This document shows, piece after piece, positions 1-11,258 of a DNA stretch of 64,000 nucleotides. The position numbers and the translations under genes were made by a program. The notes under the pieces are model-generated. The model saw nothing but the letters and a program-made list of their open reading frames with translations, did no database searches and had not been told where the DNA came from. The first letter of the stretch is position 1, and each line of letters begins with the position of its first letter. Origin of the DNA: Amphiscolops sp. MND2022 (taxonomy: Eukaryota); the NCBI GenBank assembly GCA_964187785.1, contig OZ076409.1:24430001-24494000 (forward strand), read 5' to 3'.

Positions 1-1722
1 TCGTGTTCTTTGCGGATTGTGATACACAGAGTATTCAGATATCATGTATCATTGAGCGTAATTAGAGAAAAGTGGAAACCAGTAAAGAATTTGAGTACAC
101 ACCGTGAGTGAAAAAACTCCAAATGATGCTTCCATTCGTGTGTGAAGTGGAAACCAGTCAAAGTACGTAAATGTAGAGAATGTAAAGTAGTCATTTACTA
201 TATTTTGATCACTACGCGTAACGCCAAATAACACAGTGTAACGAGCAAAACTCGTAACGCGTACCAGACTGTAATAAATGAATTGGACCTCTGATTGTAA
301 AAAATGATTGGGACTCGATTGAAGGAGACCAAAATCTTCTGAACGAAAAAGTAATTTGGAAAACCGTAAAACTAGAAGTTTAATAAAATTTAAAGTTGAT
401 TACAAACATTTTACAAAGTTGATTAATTTAAAGTTGATTACAAAGATCAATATGCAAAAACTTAGAAACTATGCATTTCACTACCGATTTCGATTCTAAC
501 TCGTTTTAGTTCAAACTTCTAAAGCCTTGAGTGTTGGAAAAAATTAGTTTTTAATCTTTCAGACGCTTTTTCAACAAAAGTATCCACTAAAATGTTTTTT
601 ATAGCAAAACTTTGAAAAGAAACCTCCTTGAACAGGACATTTCAGAGAAAGAAACTTGAATGCAATGTATTAAGATAGGGCATAAAATTATTTTTGAAAG
701 AAGCCTTATATAATTACAGTTTTCTCAAGTTTTCCGTAAACAAAACATATCGTCAGTAGTGGATGGATTAATCTCTATCAACATTCCAAAGTCAAGTGCG
801 TCTCTGTCAAGTGCGTCTATGAGACGTCTAATTTAGCAAAAATTTGCTCCTAGATCAAAATTTAGTAGTGAATACAAGTTGTTGAAAGTGATATTACAAA
901 GCTCGAAAACTGTTTGCAAAACTGATTCTGAGGTGTTTTCACAAATTTAATAATATTTGATAAGGCGTTTTTTGATCACCTTGAAAATCACTCGGGTTTC
1001 GAGCTAATTTATTTTCAGTCCAAATTATTTTTTAAAACCAGGGGTCCAATTCATTAATTACAGTATGGTATTTGAAATAAGAACGTTTTTACAGCGTTTT
1101 TATTGGCTGTTAATCGAGCTAGCAAGATCTTGCTAGTTCGTTGCGGCATATGTATCGTAATGCGTGAAAGGTCACTACGATCACTAAAATTCAACTTAAG
1201 CATTTTTACTTCTTAGATAGAATTGCTCATCGGACTAAAACCAATTTGTTTCAATTTCATAACATACATGCAAACAAGTACACCAACTTGAATTTCAGAA
1301 AAAAAGCCCCAGTCGGCAACACTCATAAAATGTGAACATGTCGCAAAAATTGGCAATATTTCACGTTTTTGAGTGTTTCGGTTAGACTCGGTTAACTGTT
1401 GAAACTATCAAAAAAACCGATTTTACAACAGACTTAATAGAGTGTTTCCGAATCCATGTCCAAACTGTTCAACCGATCATAACAGCATTTTAATGGCAAA
1501 ACTTCAATGGACTCTGGATATGAGAAAATCAGTTTCAACAAATAGGAAAAACGAAAAAAATAGCGGTATATCGTTTGAGCCTACAAGTAACACAGTCTAT
1601 ATGCGGTAATTTTTTCTAAAAAAAATCGATTCGTAAATAACCGTATCTATGAAATATGAAAGTCTTCTGTATCCAACTCTCTTTTGACATGAAAACATTT
1701 CAACAAAGCTGAATTATTAGAC

Positions 1723-4700
1723 CTTAACACACAGCAGAGGAAGAGGAATTGGGGCGGCAGTTTGCGCATGCAGTCCAGGTCAGAGTTCATGCAGGAGAGG
1801 AATGCACGCAGTCGGGTAGAGTCAGCCTCTGCAGCCGTCATTGTCCACAGGTCGTGCAGAGAGGGCACCAGCCATGGCAGCCCCGCAGGAGACACTTTTA
1901 CCGGAACTTCGGGGTCCACGTTTTTGCCAGACACCCACTCAGTCACGCTTATATCTGCATACAAAAAACAATTTGCGTAAAAATCTCATTCTGAGAACAT
2001 CCAACACAGCAACAGAATTTTGAAGAAATAATTGGATATTGTATATTATACTAGAATGGAGTAAGTTTTTCTCTCGAGACTTACCAAGAGCTATCCACAA
2101 CTAGCCAAGATAGTGCGAACTTTTAACAATTAATTAGTCATAAGCAGTTAGTGCACGAGACTCGCTCGCTGGTCACTTCGACATTTCGCACTTTTGTTCG
2201 TTTAAAAACCTTAAAGAGGCCATGTTCAATGAACTTTGCAGTTTATTGTTTGAAGATTGTTGAGAAAAACAAGAACCTTACTGAAAATCTTTATACAAAA
2301 AACGAACTGAACAGAACGGCTTTATGTTTGTCATGAGTCAACATCACGATCAATCACCAAAAAAATGAAAAATAACCTGACGAGTTGGAGTCGCGTACTT
2401 CCAGCAGTACAGCGTAGATTTTTTGCCGTAGACTTTGGAAGAGAACTGTGCCCGAGGGCAGTTCAGTGTTCCTCTGATTGTCAATTCCGATGGCAGTGAG
2501 CCACATAGAGCGGTACTTCAGAATGGACATAATCTGAGGGGACATCAATCCTCGACAGTATCTCTCAGTCACTATTTTCCACACCTCACTTGACACGTCA
2601 TCAGGGCAAGAAGCGTTTTTCAAAAGCAATCTAATCCTTCTCGCTTCCTCTTCTTTGGATGGGTTCTGGGCTACCTGCAAACAACTAAACATTCCTTTCA
2701 TGCATAAAAGTAACGACAGGCCATCTGGCACTTCGCTAATTTTTCCATTTTCCAAAACGAAAAAACTGCTTTCTAGTCTTCACTCTTTCTAGTCAAATTT
2801 GAGAACTCTAAAAGTTATGCTTTCAGAGAACTTCGTTGCATAGATTTGAATAAAAAGAAAAAAAATCAATTCGGTTGATGAACACAATTACCCATTTTAG
2901 GGGATTTTTCATTTGGTTTTCAAATGAGAAAACCCCTGAAAAAGGTAAATGTGTTCAACCAAATTCATTATTTTTTTCTTTTTATTATTAATAATAAAAT
3001 AAGAACCGCGCGCTACGAAACCAGGTTTTGTTACAATAAGTATGTTATAATAAGATGTTTGACTATTATTTAACGAGAGGGTCAGTCTAGAAATGAGAAG
3101 GTTGGTAGTGGTGCCGTCACCCTGCAGAGCCCACCGATTTCATTATTAGAAAAAGTATTTGAGGCAGGTGATTCCAATAAAAGCAAACATGTCTATGTAT
3201 AGACTTTGTCTTACTAAACTAACCGGCTTCAGAAGTCAGCTGGGGAAAATGACGTCCAATTACAACCTTATTTTTTCGTACAACTCTGGAGGGAAATCTG
3301 ATTCCTAGTAGTATAAAATTAGAGTGAAATAACTTAGGACAAAAAAAACAGAGGCCACACGACTGAGGGACCTGTTTTCTTCGAAATTGATAGCATGTCA
3401 AAATGTTGTTGGATGAACGGTTGGATAAAAAAGATTTTAAAACTGGTTTTTCTTGACCATTTTTTTGAACGAGTTTCCGGTAATTCAATAAATGACTAAT
3501 GTTAATTTGAAATGATATAAATGGAGAATATTGGAGAAAATAATCAATTCTAGAGACTCAAATCAAGTTTTTGCAAAAAAAACAGGGGCAGAAAATAAAA
3601 TGTTTGTTTCACTTTCAAACATGTTTTAACTAGCCAATTATTTAGTTAGCAAAACATGAAATACATGGCAATAATATTTTCTCTGAAAACATACTTCAGA
3701 ATCCACGGTTTCCGTTTTTAGTTCCTGATCGGGATTGTTTGTAGAAGCACCAACGAGAGATTGATAATGTTTCACACAAGCGATGAACTCAGTGCGAACA
3801 TTGGGCTCCGATTCACAACCAAGAACGGCATTTGCCAGAAGCTCCGAGTCGTTGAGATCAAATTCAGCGCCATCTATAAAATTGACAATAGCAGGAATCA
3901 GCTTTCTCAGCCTCGCCCTTCCACTGAGCTTATTCTACAACAGAACAGAAACCATGTTACTTATTTGTAAAGAATCTTCCCTGAACCTTTTCATTGCAAT
4001 TCAAAAATTTCAAGGCAGACAGATTAAAGGCACGTTCCAACAAAATGTGACAAGTAGAATCAATTTTGATTTTTGGGGAGTTAGAAAACGAAAATCCAAT
4101 TGATATAAATTAGGAGTTGTAGAAAATCATTAAGAATATCATCATTATCCACCAACAGCGGTAAATTCTTCATTCTCTTTTTATTAATTTAACATTCGTG
4201 ACTGCAATTTAAAATTAATTTGAGCCCTAAAATTCAGTATCGTAAAATTTGAGCCCTCATTTTCGTAAATGAAAAAGATCAGAAAAGTCTGAATGATGAA
4301 ATCATGGTAGAATACACGTGAAAACTGGTGAAACCTTTGATTTATCTCTCAGAAGCTCGTCATGGAACTGGGCAAGTTTGTCTCCTAGAAACTTATGGGT
4401 TCCCAACAACGAGGCGAAAAGATGCAGGTGTTGTTTTTGCAATTTCAGTTCAGACAGAAGAAGCTCATAGTTGATCTGCTTAGCACTGAATGATGATAAA
4501 TTCCTGGTCAGCAAAAGGCTACTCGAATCGAACAAATTCGGGGGTTGCATTATCAGCAATTCGGAATTTCTGCTCAGAACCGCGTCGTATTTAAAGCTGA
4601 AGTAAACAATGCCAGAAATAGAAATGAACACTTCCGCAAATTTCAGAATTGACAATTTCCGCTTTGAGTTTCAACAGTAAAAAACTTCCACATAGAGTTC

Positions 4701-5778
4701 AAGACAAGCAAAAAAATTCAAGTTGACGTGAGCGTCTAACTGAAAATAGTATCCTTTGGGGTTCAGTAATACTTCTGCTTGATTACAATCATCATTAACT
4801 TCAAATTTCAATAATAAAAACATCTAATATCCATGATAATTCATTATATAGCACACAATTAATCACTGATAGTTTACGCAGCTTTTGATTCTTTTTATAT
4901 TTTATCCGTCCTATAGTTTCCGCCGCCTTTGATTGCAAACATTAACACTATAACGAGCAATCAGTTTTCCTTTTTCTCAATCCAAAAAATATTTGAACAC
5001 AACTATAAACAGATAAATTGGACAAATCTTTCAATAAGTTTTGTTACTTGAACAAAAGCAATACAACTATTGAGCGTACATGACTTTTCGCATTCGTATT
5101 CATCACAATAAAAGCGCTTCCTCACTGCTACGCAAATTGAACTAGGCATGGATTCTAGTGGCGACCATATTGGAACGATAGAATTCTGAAAAAAACTAGC
5201 ACTTATGGTTTCTATAATATTTCACCTTACGACGAAATTTTTCTCCAAAACTATAGTACTAACTTTTGGATGCAGCTCACGACATCACTGGTTGCATCGA
5301 CTGTCAAAACACGACATGCAGCAGACGATTCGCCAATTTTCCTTAACATCAACAGCAAACATGAATGATAACCAGAAGGAGCAACCCAATTAGCATTATT
5401 CGGGAAAGCGCAGTCATCTTCCATCGATTTAATGATGCATTCTGAATCGAACTGCCTTTGTAATTCCAAATGCGTCCATTCCACTTTCCTTTCATTGTAT
5501 ATCCCACCGATGAAAAGAAACGTCAATACTACGTCATTTTTCTCACAGGCTTTCACCAAGTTATTCAGAAATGTGTACGCGGTATTCCATTGCCCTCCAC
5601 ACATCCAATCATTATGGAAACCTCCATATAGCCGCGCAGCACAATCACTGGTATCAATCAAGACTTCAAATGACGATTTCTGATCAGATTTCACTTGTCG
5701 ACTTAAAGCAAAAATATCTTTGAGTGTATAAATGGGTGAACTTTTGCCGAAAATCTCGAACAGCTCGCTCAGTCCCAT
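1723..5778 (-). CDS. FAM120: FAM120-family protein (constitutive coactivator of PPAR-gamma-like, N-terminal PIN-like domain); multi-exon, 3' end outside the window
   Basis: Exons with GT/AG borders: 5778-5264, 4596-4335, 3934-3695, 2674-2377, 1954-1723 (small exons near 3080-3305 possible). Motifs LIDTSDCAARLYGGFHNDWMCGGQW, FASLLGTH, RGLMSPQI...LPSGTVLFQSLRQKIYAVL and LPWLVPSLHDLW...RLRAFLSCM...FLCCVLR match FAM120A/C segments as I recall them. Splice phases join in frame. Confidence 0.9.
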
Positions 5779-6883
5779 CAAAAGCCAGAATGTATCTGGA
5801 AAAATTTCACTTAGATAAATGAAATATTTTAATCAGACGGAAATGATAAATTTACCCTAAACCTTCCACTGAATCATTGTCACATGTTTCAACCCTCGAT
5901 AACCTAGCGATGTTTTGTAGCATCATACCTTTTCACTTTCTGAATCGCTGTGTCGGTAGCCCATATTCTTTAGAAGTGTTTCTTTCACCTTGTTTGGTCT
6001 GAACGGCGCAAGGGTAAGAAGAAGTGAATTCTAGCAAATGAAGATTTTTCAAAACTACCTTTTTATCAAATACCAATTCTCTCAAAACTCCTCGACACAT
6101 GAAAAGCGGCAGTCATTGACCTTCACACAAGGCTTTGTGCAACACAACCACACAAAATACAGGAAAACATAAAATCCCAAGAGATGGAGAGCTGGGGACA
6201 GGAGCCCAACAATTCAAAATGAAAGCTTGGGATACACCTCTTAAACATGTATTGTTCATTTTTGATGTGCGTAGTTGGGAGACATTAACAAATGAACATT
6301 TAAAGCATTTTTTGAATGCCTAGGTCAATTGGAGTCATAGTTCAAAAGCATGCCATGATGAAACTGAAGATATGGTTCTAATGGTTGTGGTTTCACACTC
6401 ATGTGAAAAGATCGTCACTAAATTGGTGTGACAACAAGCTTTCTTGGTCTGATTGGACCTGATTAAGAAGGACTTGTTGAATACCTTAACACATATGATT
6501 TGAGACAAGGTTTATTCGTACAGCCGATTTGGGGAAATAGGTCTCGAACAGAATTTAGTTTACTACCAGGGATATTAATTCCTAGCAAAGAATTGGAATT
6601 GAAAGGCTTCTAAGGAATTGGAATTGGGTACGGTCTTCGATTAGGACTTGGAATTGGAATTGACTCTTCTCAAAGGAATTGACTAGGAATTGAAAGAAAA
6701 ACAAAACACTTGTAAAGGTATTAAATCATCAAAATTTAATCATTACAAGAATTTCGACTTTTAAAACAGGTTGGGTAGGAATGAAGAACTGAATTGAGAT
6801 TCTTTGGTTATGATCAGACTTGGTTTATGTATTTACAATTGGAATTGATGGTAGAAGTGGTTCAGCATCGGGTGTATATAGCA

Positions 6884-7397
6884 CCGCGACAGGTGAATTC
6901 CGGACGTTTCGGCAAAAACATGGCGGCGGACGTTTCGGCAAAAAAATATGCCGAAACGTCTCAGGCTAAAAATATTTGCCGAAACGTTTCGTATGATATG
7001 TGGTGCATATCCGGTGTATGCACGCTCGCCCTCACCGTCGCAAAGACCAGCTCCCACTACGATCGCTTCGCGATCTCCGTTCCCGCTATGTCTTTGCTCC
7101 TGTTCGACCTCGCTTAGCAAGAAGGGAATATAAGCGGCCTCAAGGGGCCGCGGGGCACTAAAGGAATGGGGACATATCCGAGGCACGTTTTATGCTTTGC
7201 ATCATTCCTACATTAATGGTCTTATCGTTTTTCTTTCAATTTTTTCTTCAATTCTAGAATTCTACAAACTGGACATAACCAGTTTGTAGAAAACCATAAC
7301 AAAACCAAGATGATACGAGACGTTTCGGCATAAAAAATTTGCCGAAACGTCTCGAAGTTTTTTTTTTTTGCCGAAACGTCCTGTTCCCGCGACAGGT
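6884..7397. mobile_element. Non-autonomous DNA transposon (MITE) with GGACGTTTCGGC/GCCGAAACGTCC subterminal repeats
   Basis: Clusters of GACGTTTCGGC and its reverse complement at both ends. CCGCGACAGGT is directly repeated at both flanks (candidate ~9-bp TSD, Mutator-like). Confidence 0.6.
7012..7178 (+). repeat. ~170-bp interspersed repeat, copy 1
   Basis: Near-identical inverted copy at ~8421-8592 and a partial direct copy at ~7474-7537. Contains the CGATCGCTTCGCGATC hairpin. Confidence 0.75.
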
Positions 7398-7658
7398 ACC
7401 TGTCAGTCAAGAAAAAATGTGTGGTATCAAGAGTTGTCTGTAGTATCGCACAAACAGGTACATGAAAGTATCATCGCTTAGCAAGATGGGAACATGAGCG
7501 GCCACAAGGGGCCGCGGGGCACTAGAGGAAATGGGACGGGTGGGCGGAAATAGGTCGAAGGAACGGAATCGAAAATCAGAGTTAGTCCTCAGGTCGACGC
7601 ACCACATTTTTGAATGGGGTCGAAACAACTCGGATCGAAATTTTTATAACGTAGTCAG

Positions 7659-8246
7659 ATATGTTCACAAACCCCTAGTGCCCTGAATGCAGGAGCGAAG
7701 CGAAGCGGAGCGACGTGCCATATGGCCATGCCTCAATGTTGCTACTTGGCGAAGGGAGCGAAGCGACCGAGCCATACAACAAACATGAACCTCTTCAAAT
7801 AAATCAAGTTCCATGCATATTCGCTGTAACAGCACTCATTTTGTTCCGTTTCGAAAATCGGCAGTTTCGTGTAGTTTTGAAAATCGGCTGTTTTGTCTCG
7901 TTTCAAAAATCGGCTGTTTTGTCCCGTTTTGCAAATCGGCTGTTTGGTCTCGCTTTGAAAATCGACTGTTTTGCCCCGCTCTAGTTTTTGATACTGATAC
8001 TCGAGAGAGAATATTTGAGGCCCGAAGCTAGTGTAAATCGAGGCCTGACAATTAGGTGACTACTAGTGTCAGATATTATATCAGCCGATATGTATTTACC
8101 TTATTTGAAGAGGTTAGCATATCGGGTGTATGGTTCCGTCGCTTCGCTCCCTTCGCCAAGTAGCAACATTGAGGAATGGCCATATGGCACGTCGCTCCGC
8201 TTCGTTTCGCTCCTGCATTTAGGGTACTAGGGGTATGTGAACATAT
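7659..8246. mobile_element. MITE/foldback element with ~117-bp terminal inverted repeats and an internal 26-bp tandem repeat
   Basis: ATATGTTCACAAACCCCTAGTGCCCTG...GCCATAC (7659-7776) is inverted at 8128-8246. ATAT (or TA) at both ends. About 5 copies of TTTGAAAATCGGCTGTTTTGTCYCG at ~7848-7978. Confidence 0.8.
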
Positions 8247-8420
8247 TTGGCCATTTAGTCTACAGGACATTTGGGCGACATTATTGTTGCCGAAATGGGC
8301 AGAAATTTTTGTCGCCCAAATGGCTGGTGACGAAACGTCCCTGCCCCTCGACGGACTTATGTCGAAGTAATTGCGTCGATGTCAATGCAAATGTAAAATG
8401 ATCAAACAATGTTTGGCCGT

Positions 8421-8592
8421 CGGAAATGCCCCATTTCCTCTAGTGCCCCATGGCCCCCTGGGGCCGCTTATGTTCCCATCTTGCTAAGCGAGGTCGAACA
8501 GGATCAAAGACCTAGCGGGAACGGAGATCGCGAAGCGATCGTAGTGGGAGCTGAGCTTTGCGATGGTGAGGGTGAGCGTGCATACACAGCAT
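8421..8592 (-). repeat. ~170-bp interspersed repeat, inverted copy
   Basis: Reverse complement of 7012-7178 with scattered substitutions. Confidence 0.75.
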
Positions 8593-9219
8593 ATGACCCC
8601 ATATTAGATGGCGGAAAACACCAAAAACATTATTGAACCTAAAATTTTAATTCGACCAAATTCGACAAGAGTTCGACTCAAAACTCTGGGCCCTAAGCTT
8701 GGATTTTGATGTTCATGGTGTCACTGCCTGATCCCGGTCTGGGATGTTGCTGCAAACGCAACGGAATTGGAATAGGACACAGCAACAGCCTGCGATTCCC
8801 CAAATGGTGTTTTAGTGCCTAATTGCAAACATTAGTACTCGCATTTCAACTAAATTGTGACTGAAAATATAAAATATACGTCTATGTTGCGCAAATCTTG
8901 AACAAAAATGAAAACAGGAAAATAAAGGGACGAAAATGACTTCACCCATTTCCGGCATGACGTTTTTGCCACATCGGAATAAAAACAATCACCACCTGAA
9001 AACTAAATTAAGATGCGCCTTGGAACAAAAGATCATAGAATAATCTGGATGGAAACATGTCCAAAATTCCCTATAAGAAAGAACTTCAATCAGATCTAAA
9101 ACAGAAAATACATTGAGATGACACACTGAGAATATTACGCCTCTTCTAAGAAAGACAGGTCAATTGCACTTTGAACAGCGAATAATGTGAATAAGGACGG
9201 TGGCTCGTCGCTAAATTAA

Positions 9220-9705
9220 AACAAAACGGGAACGTCTCAAGTCGGCGCTATATCTAAGGCTCAAAAAGCGCAAATTATTTTTTTGGAGAAAAACTTGAAT
9301 TTTTCGAAAAAAAATTCTTTCGGAAAATGTCGCTCAGTGCCGAAAATTGTAAAAGGGGGACCCTTTTTGATTTATAAACACGCATTCTGTAGCATAATAA
9401 CAAAAAACTCAAAGGGGGGACACTTTGGGGACAATTAAAAAGTTTCGAAAAAAAATCGCACAGTGCCGAAAAAAAAATCGAAAGGGGGGACCCTTCAGTC
9501 CCGTCCGGGCTTGTAGGTAACGTTTAAAAAGTAAAAAACCAAAGAGGGGATCCTTTGGAATAATTTACATGCGTTTCCCTGGTACTTAGCTTCCTTTAGT
9601 TGAACGTTAACGTTCGTCGCTTCGAGTCTGTCCTAAATAAAAAAAAAGAAAGAAACGAGTGACTGTAATAGTCGGGCTCTTTTCTTAAGATAAGCGCCGA
9701 CTAAA
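9220..9705 (+). mobile_element. Helentron-associated / DINE-1-like non-autonomous element inserted in the 5' LTR
   Basis: Absent from the 3' LTR. Starts AACAAAACGGGAACGTCTCAAGTCGGCGC and ends ATAGTCGGGC...GCGCCGACTAAAAA (subterminal IR plus terminal stem-loop). Inserted in an A-run without a TSD. Related copies at 18290, 51867 and ~53390 (minus). Confidence 0.75.
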
Positions 9706-11096
9706 AATAGGACTGTACATGCAAATATTACCATACTTGTGACGTCAGCAACGCATCACTAACTAGTCAGCTAACTAGGGGTATTCCAAATTCCTCATCG
9801 GCGTGACGTCACGAACTTGGCAGCTAGTCAGAATATCATTCCAAAATATGAGTCAGCAACTCGTCAAACTTGGCAGTTTGCCTAGATAGTTGAGAAAACT
9901 TGTCAACGCTACGTCGCAAATCCATCAAAATAACTGTTTTAGTCCATCAAAATCAATGAAACGAGTACTACCATGATGAATTTGATATAAAGAAAACGTT
10001 TAGAAAACGTCTCATGTAAAAAGAAAAATAGCAAAAAAAAATGTAGATTTACCTCAACATTTCGTCAAGCGAATTACAGTAAATCCGAATGTAAAACTAA
10101 CAGCGTATTAAAGTTCAGATTATATGGATTTTCTACACATTTCATGAATAGAAATGACAGCTTATAACTATAATTGAAACAAATTGAAAATATTTATTTT
10201 GTACTGAAAGCATACTTTTGGACAGTTTGTACCTTTGTACTCAGTTTTCAAAATATAAGACTAATAAGGTCATTTATGCTCAAATTGAAGCTAGAACGTC
10301 GTCGCCTAATTTGAAGCCAATCAGTCTGCAGGATGTAATCGCTGTTTTAAACCAAATTCGCAGAAAGGGGCTTATCAAATGCATAAAGCTAAAGCGTTTT
10401 CACACTCTCATTATTAATGTATACATCTCTTAAGGCTGAGGTTACGTGTTAAAAGTTTTATGGTTTCTGTTTCATTGACCAGTTGCAAAATCTTGACGTT
10501 GTGTTGACAAATAATACTCCTGCTTGAAAAGTATTGCTACTCAAATCATCTGTTGTCATCTTGCTGCTATTTAAAGTATTATTGCGTCTGAATATTAATT
10601 GGTGTTAATTTGTTATCAATTAATGTTCATTTTGGAATGTTATCATCCAGAAATGGGAATCTAAACTGATATAATTTAAATTTTCAGCTCATAAGCCAAT
10701 CCTTTTATGTCTCCTAGCATCTCTAAATATCCGTAGCGAAGGCAAGTTGTAACAATTTCTCAAGTTGAAATTCAAAATCAGGTATAAGTTGTTCACGCCA
10801 GCGTTAGATCCGCGTCAAATTTCCAACGAACCAATGCAGTAAAACGGGGAAATACTTCCGGTTTGACAGACTGAAGTAAAATCTACTTCCCTCGGAGGAA
10901 TCAAAAGGACGCCGGAATGAATGATATGATCATGGTTGATGACTAATGCTAGATTAAGTTTGTTGTGTGTTGAAGTTTGACAAATTGTCTACGCAAATTC
11001 GGGATCATATTGATTTTTTCATCAAAAAAAACAGGAAATGACTAATTGTTCGAGGAAAATTGGGGATATACTCGTGATCAAATGATGCTAGGAGGG

Positions 11097-11135
11097 TATA
11101 AATAGGAAAAGCTTTGATTCTAGAGAGACTTCAGT
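11097..11135 (+). promoter_or_regulatory. Putative LTR core promoter (TATA box and Inr-like TCAGT)
   Basis: TATAAATA at 11097 and TCAGT at 11131; conserved in the 3' LTR (TATAAAAA at 25525). Confidence 0.55.
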
Positions 11136-11258
11136 CTTCCTTCATTGCTAAAAATAGTTGCGCAATTTTCATCTTTGAAAAACGTTGTCTTCAACTTTGT
11201 TGAAACGAATATCTCAAAAGTAAATTCAAATTTTGAAATTGAGCCTTTTCATCCAAAA

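Noticed and set aside
3077..3305. Possible extra small FAM120 exons
   Set aside because: Candidate splice sites exist, but I could not establish a unique phase-consistent model.
7848..7978. Regular 26-bp repeats that could suggest a CRISPR array
   Set aside because: Head-to-tail units without unique spacers, inside a MITE in eukaryotic DNA; no cas genes.
6794..8636. Several short ORFs sharing the LLSEVEQ...GNGDREAIVVGA peptide
   Set aside because: They are translations of the dispersed 170-bp repeat; no splice or domain support.
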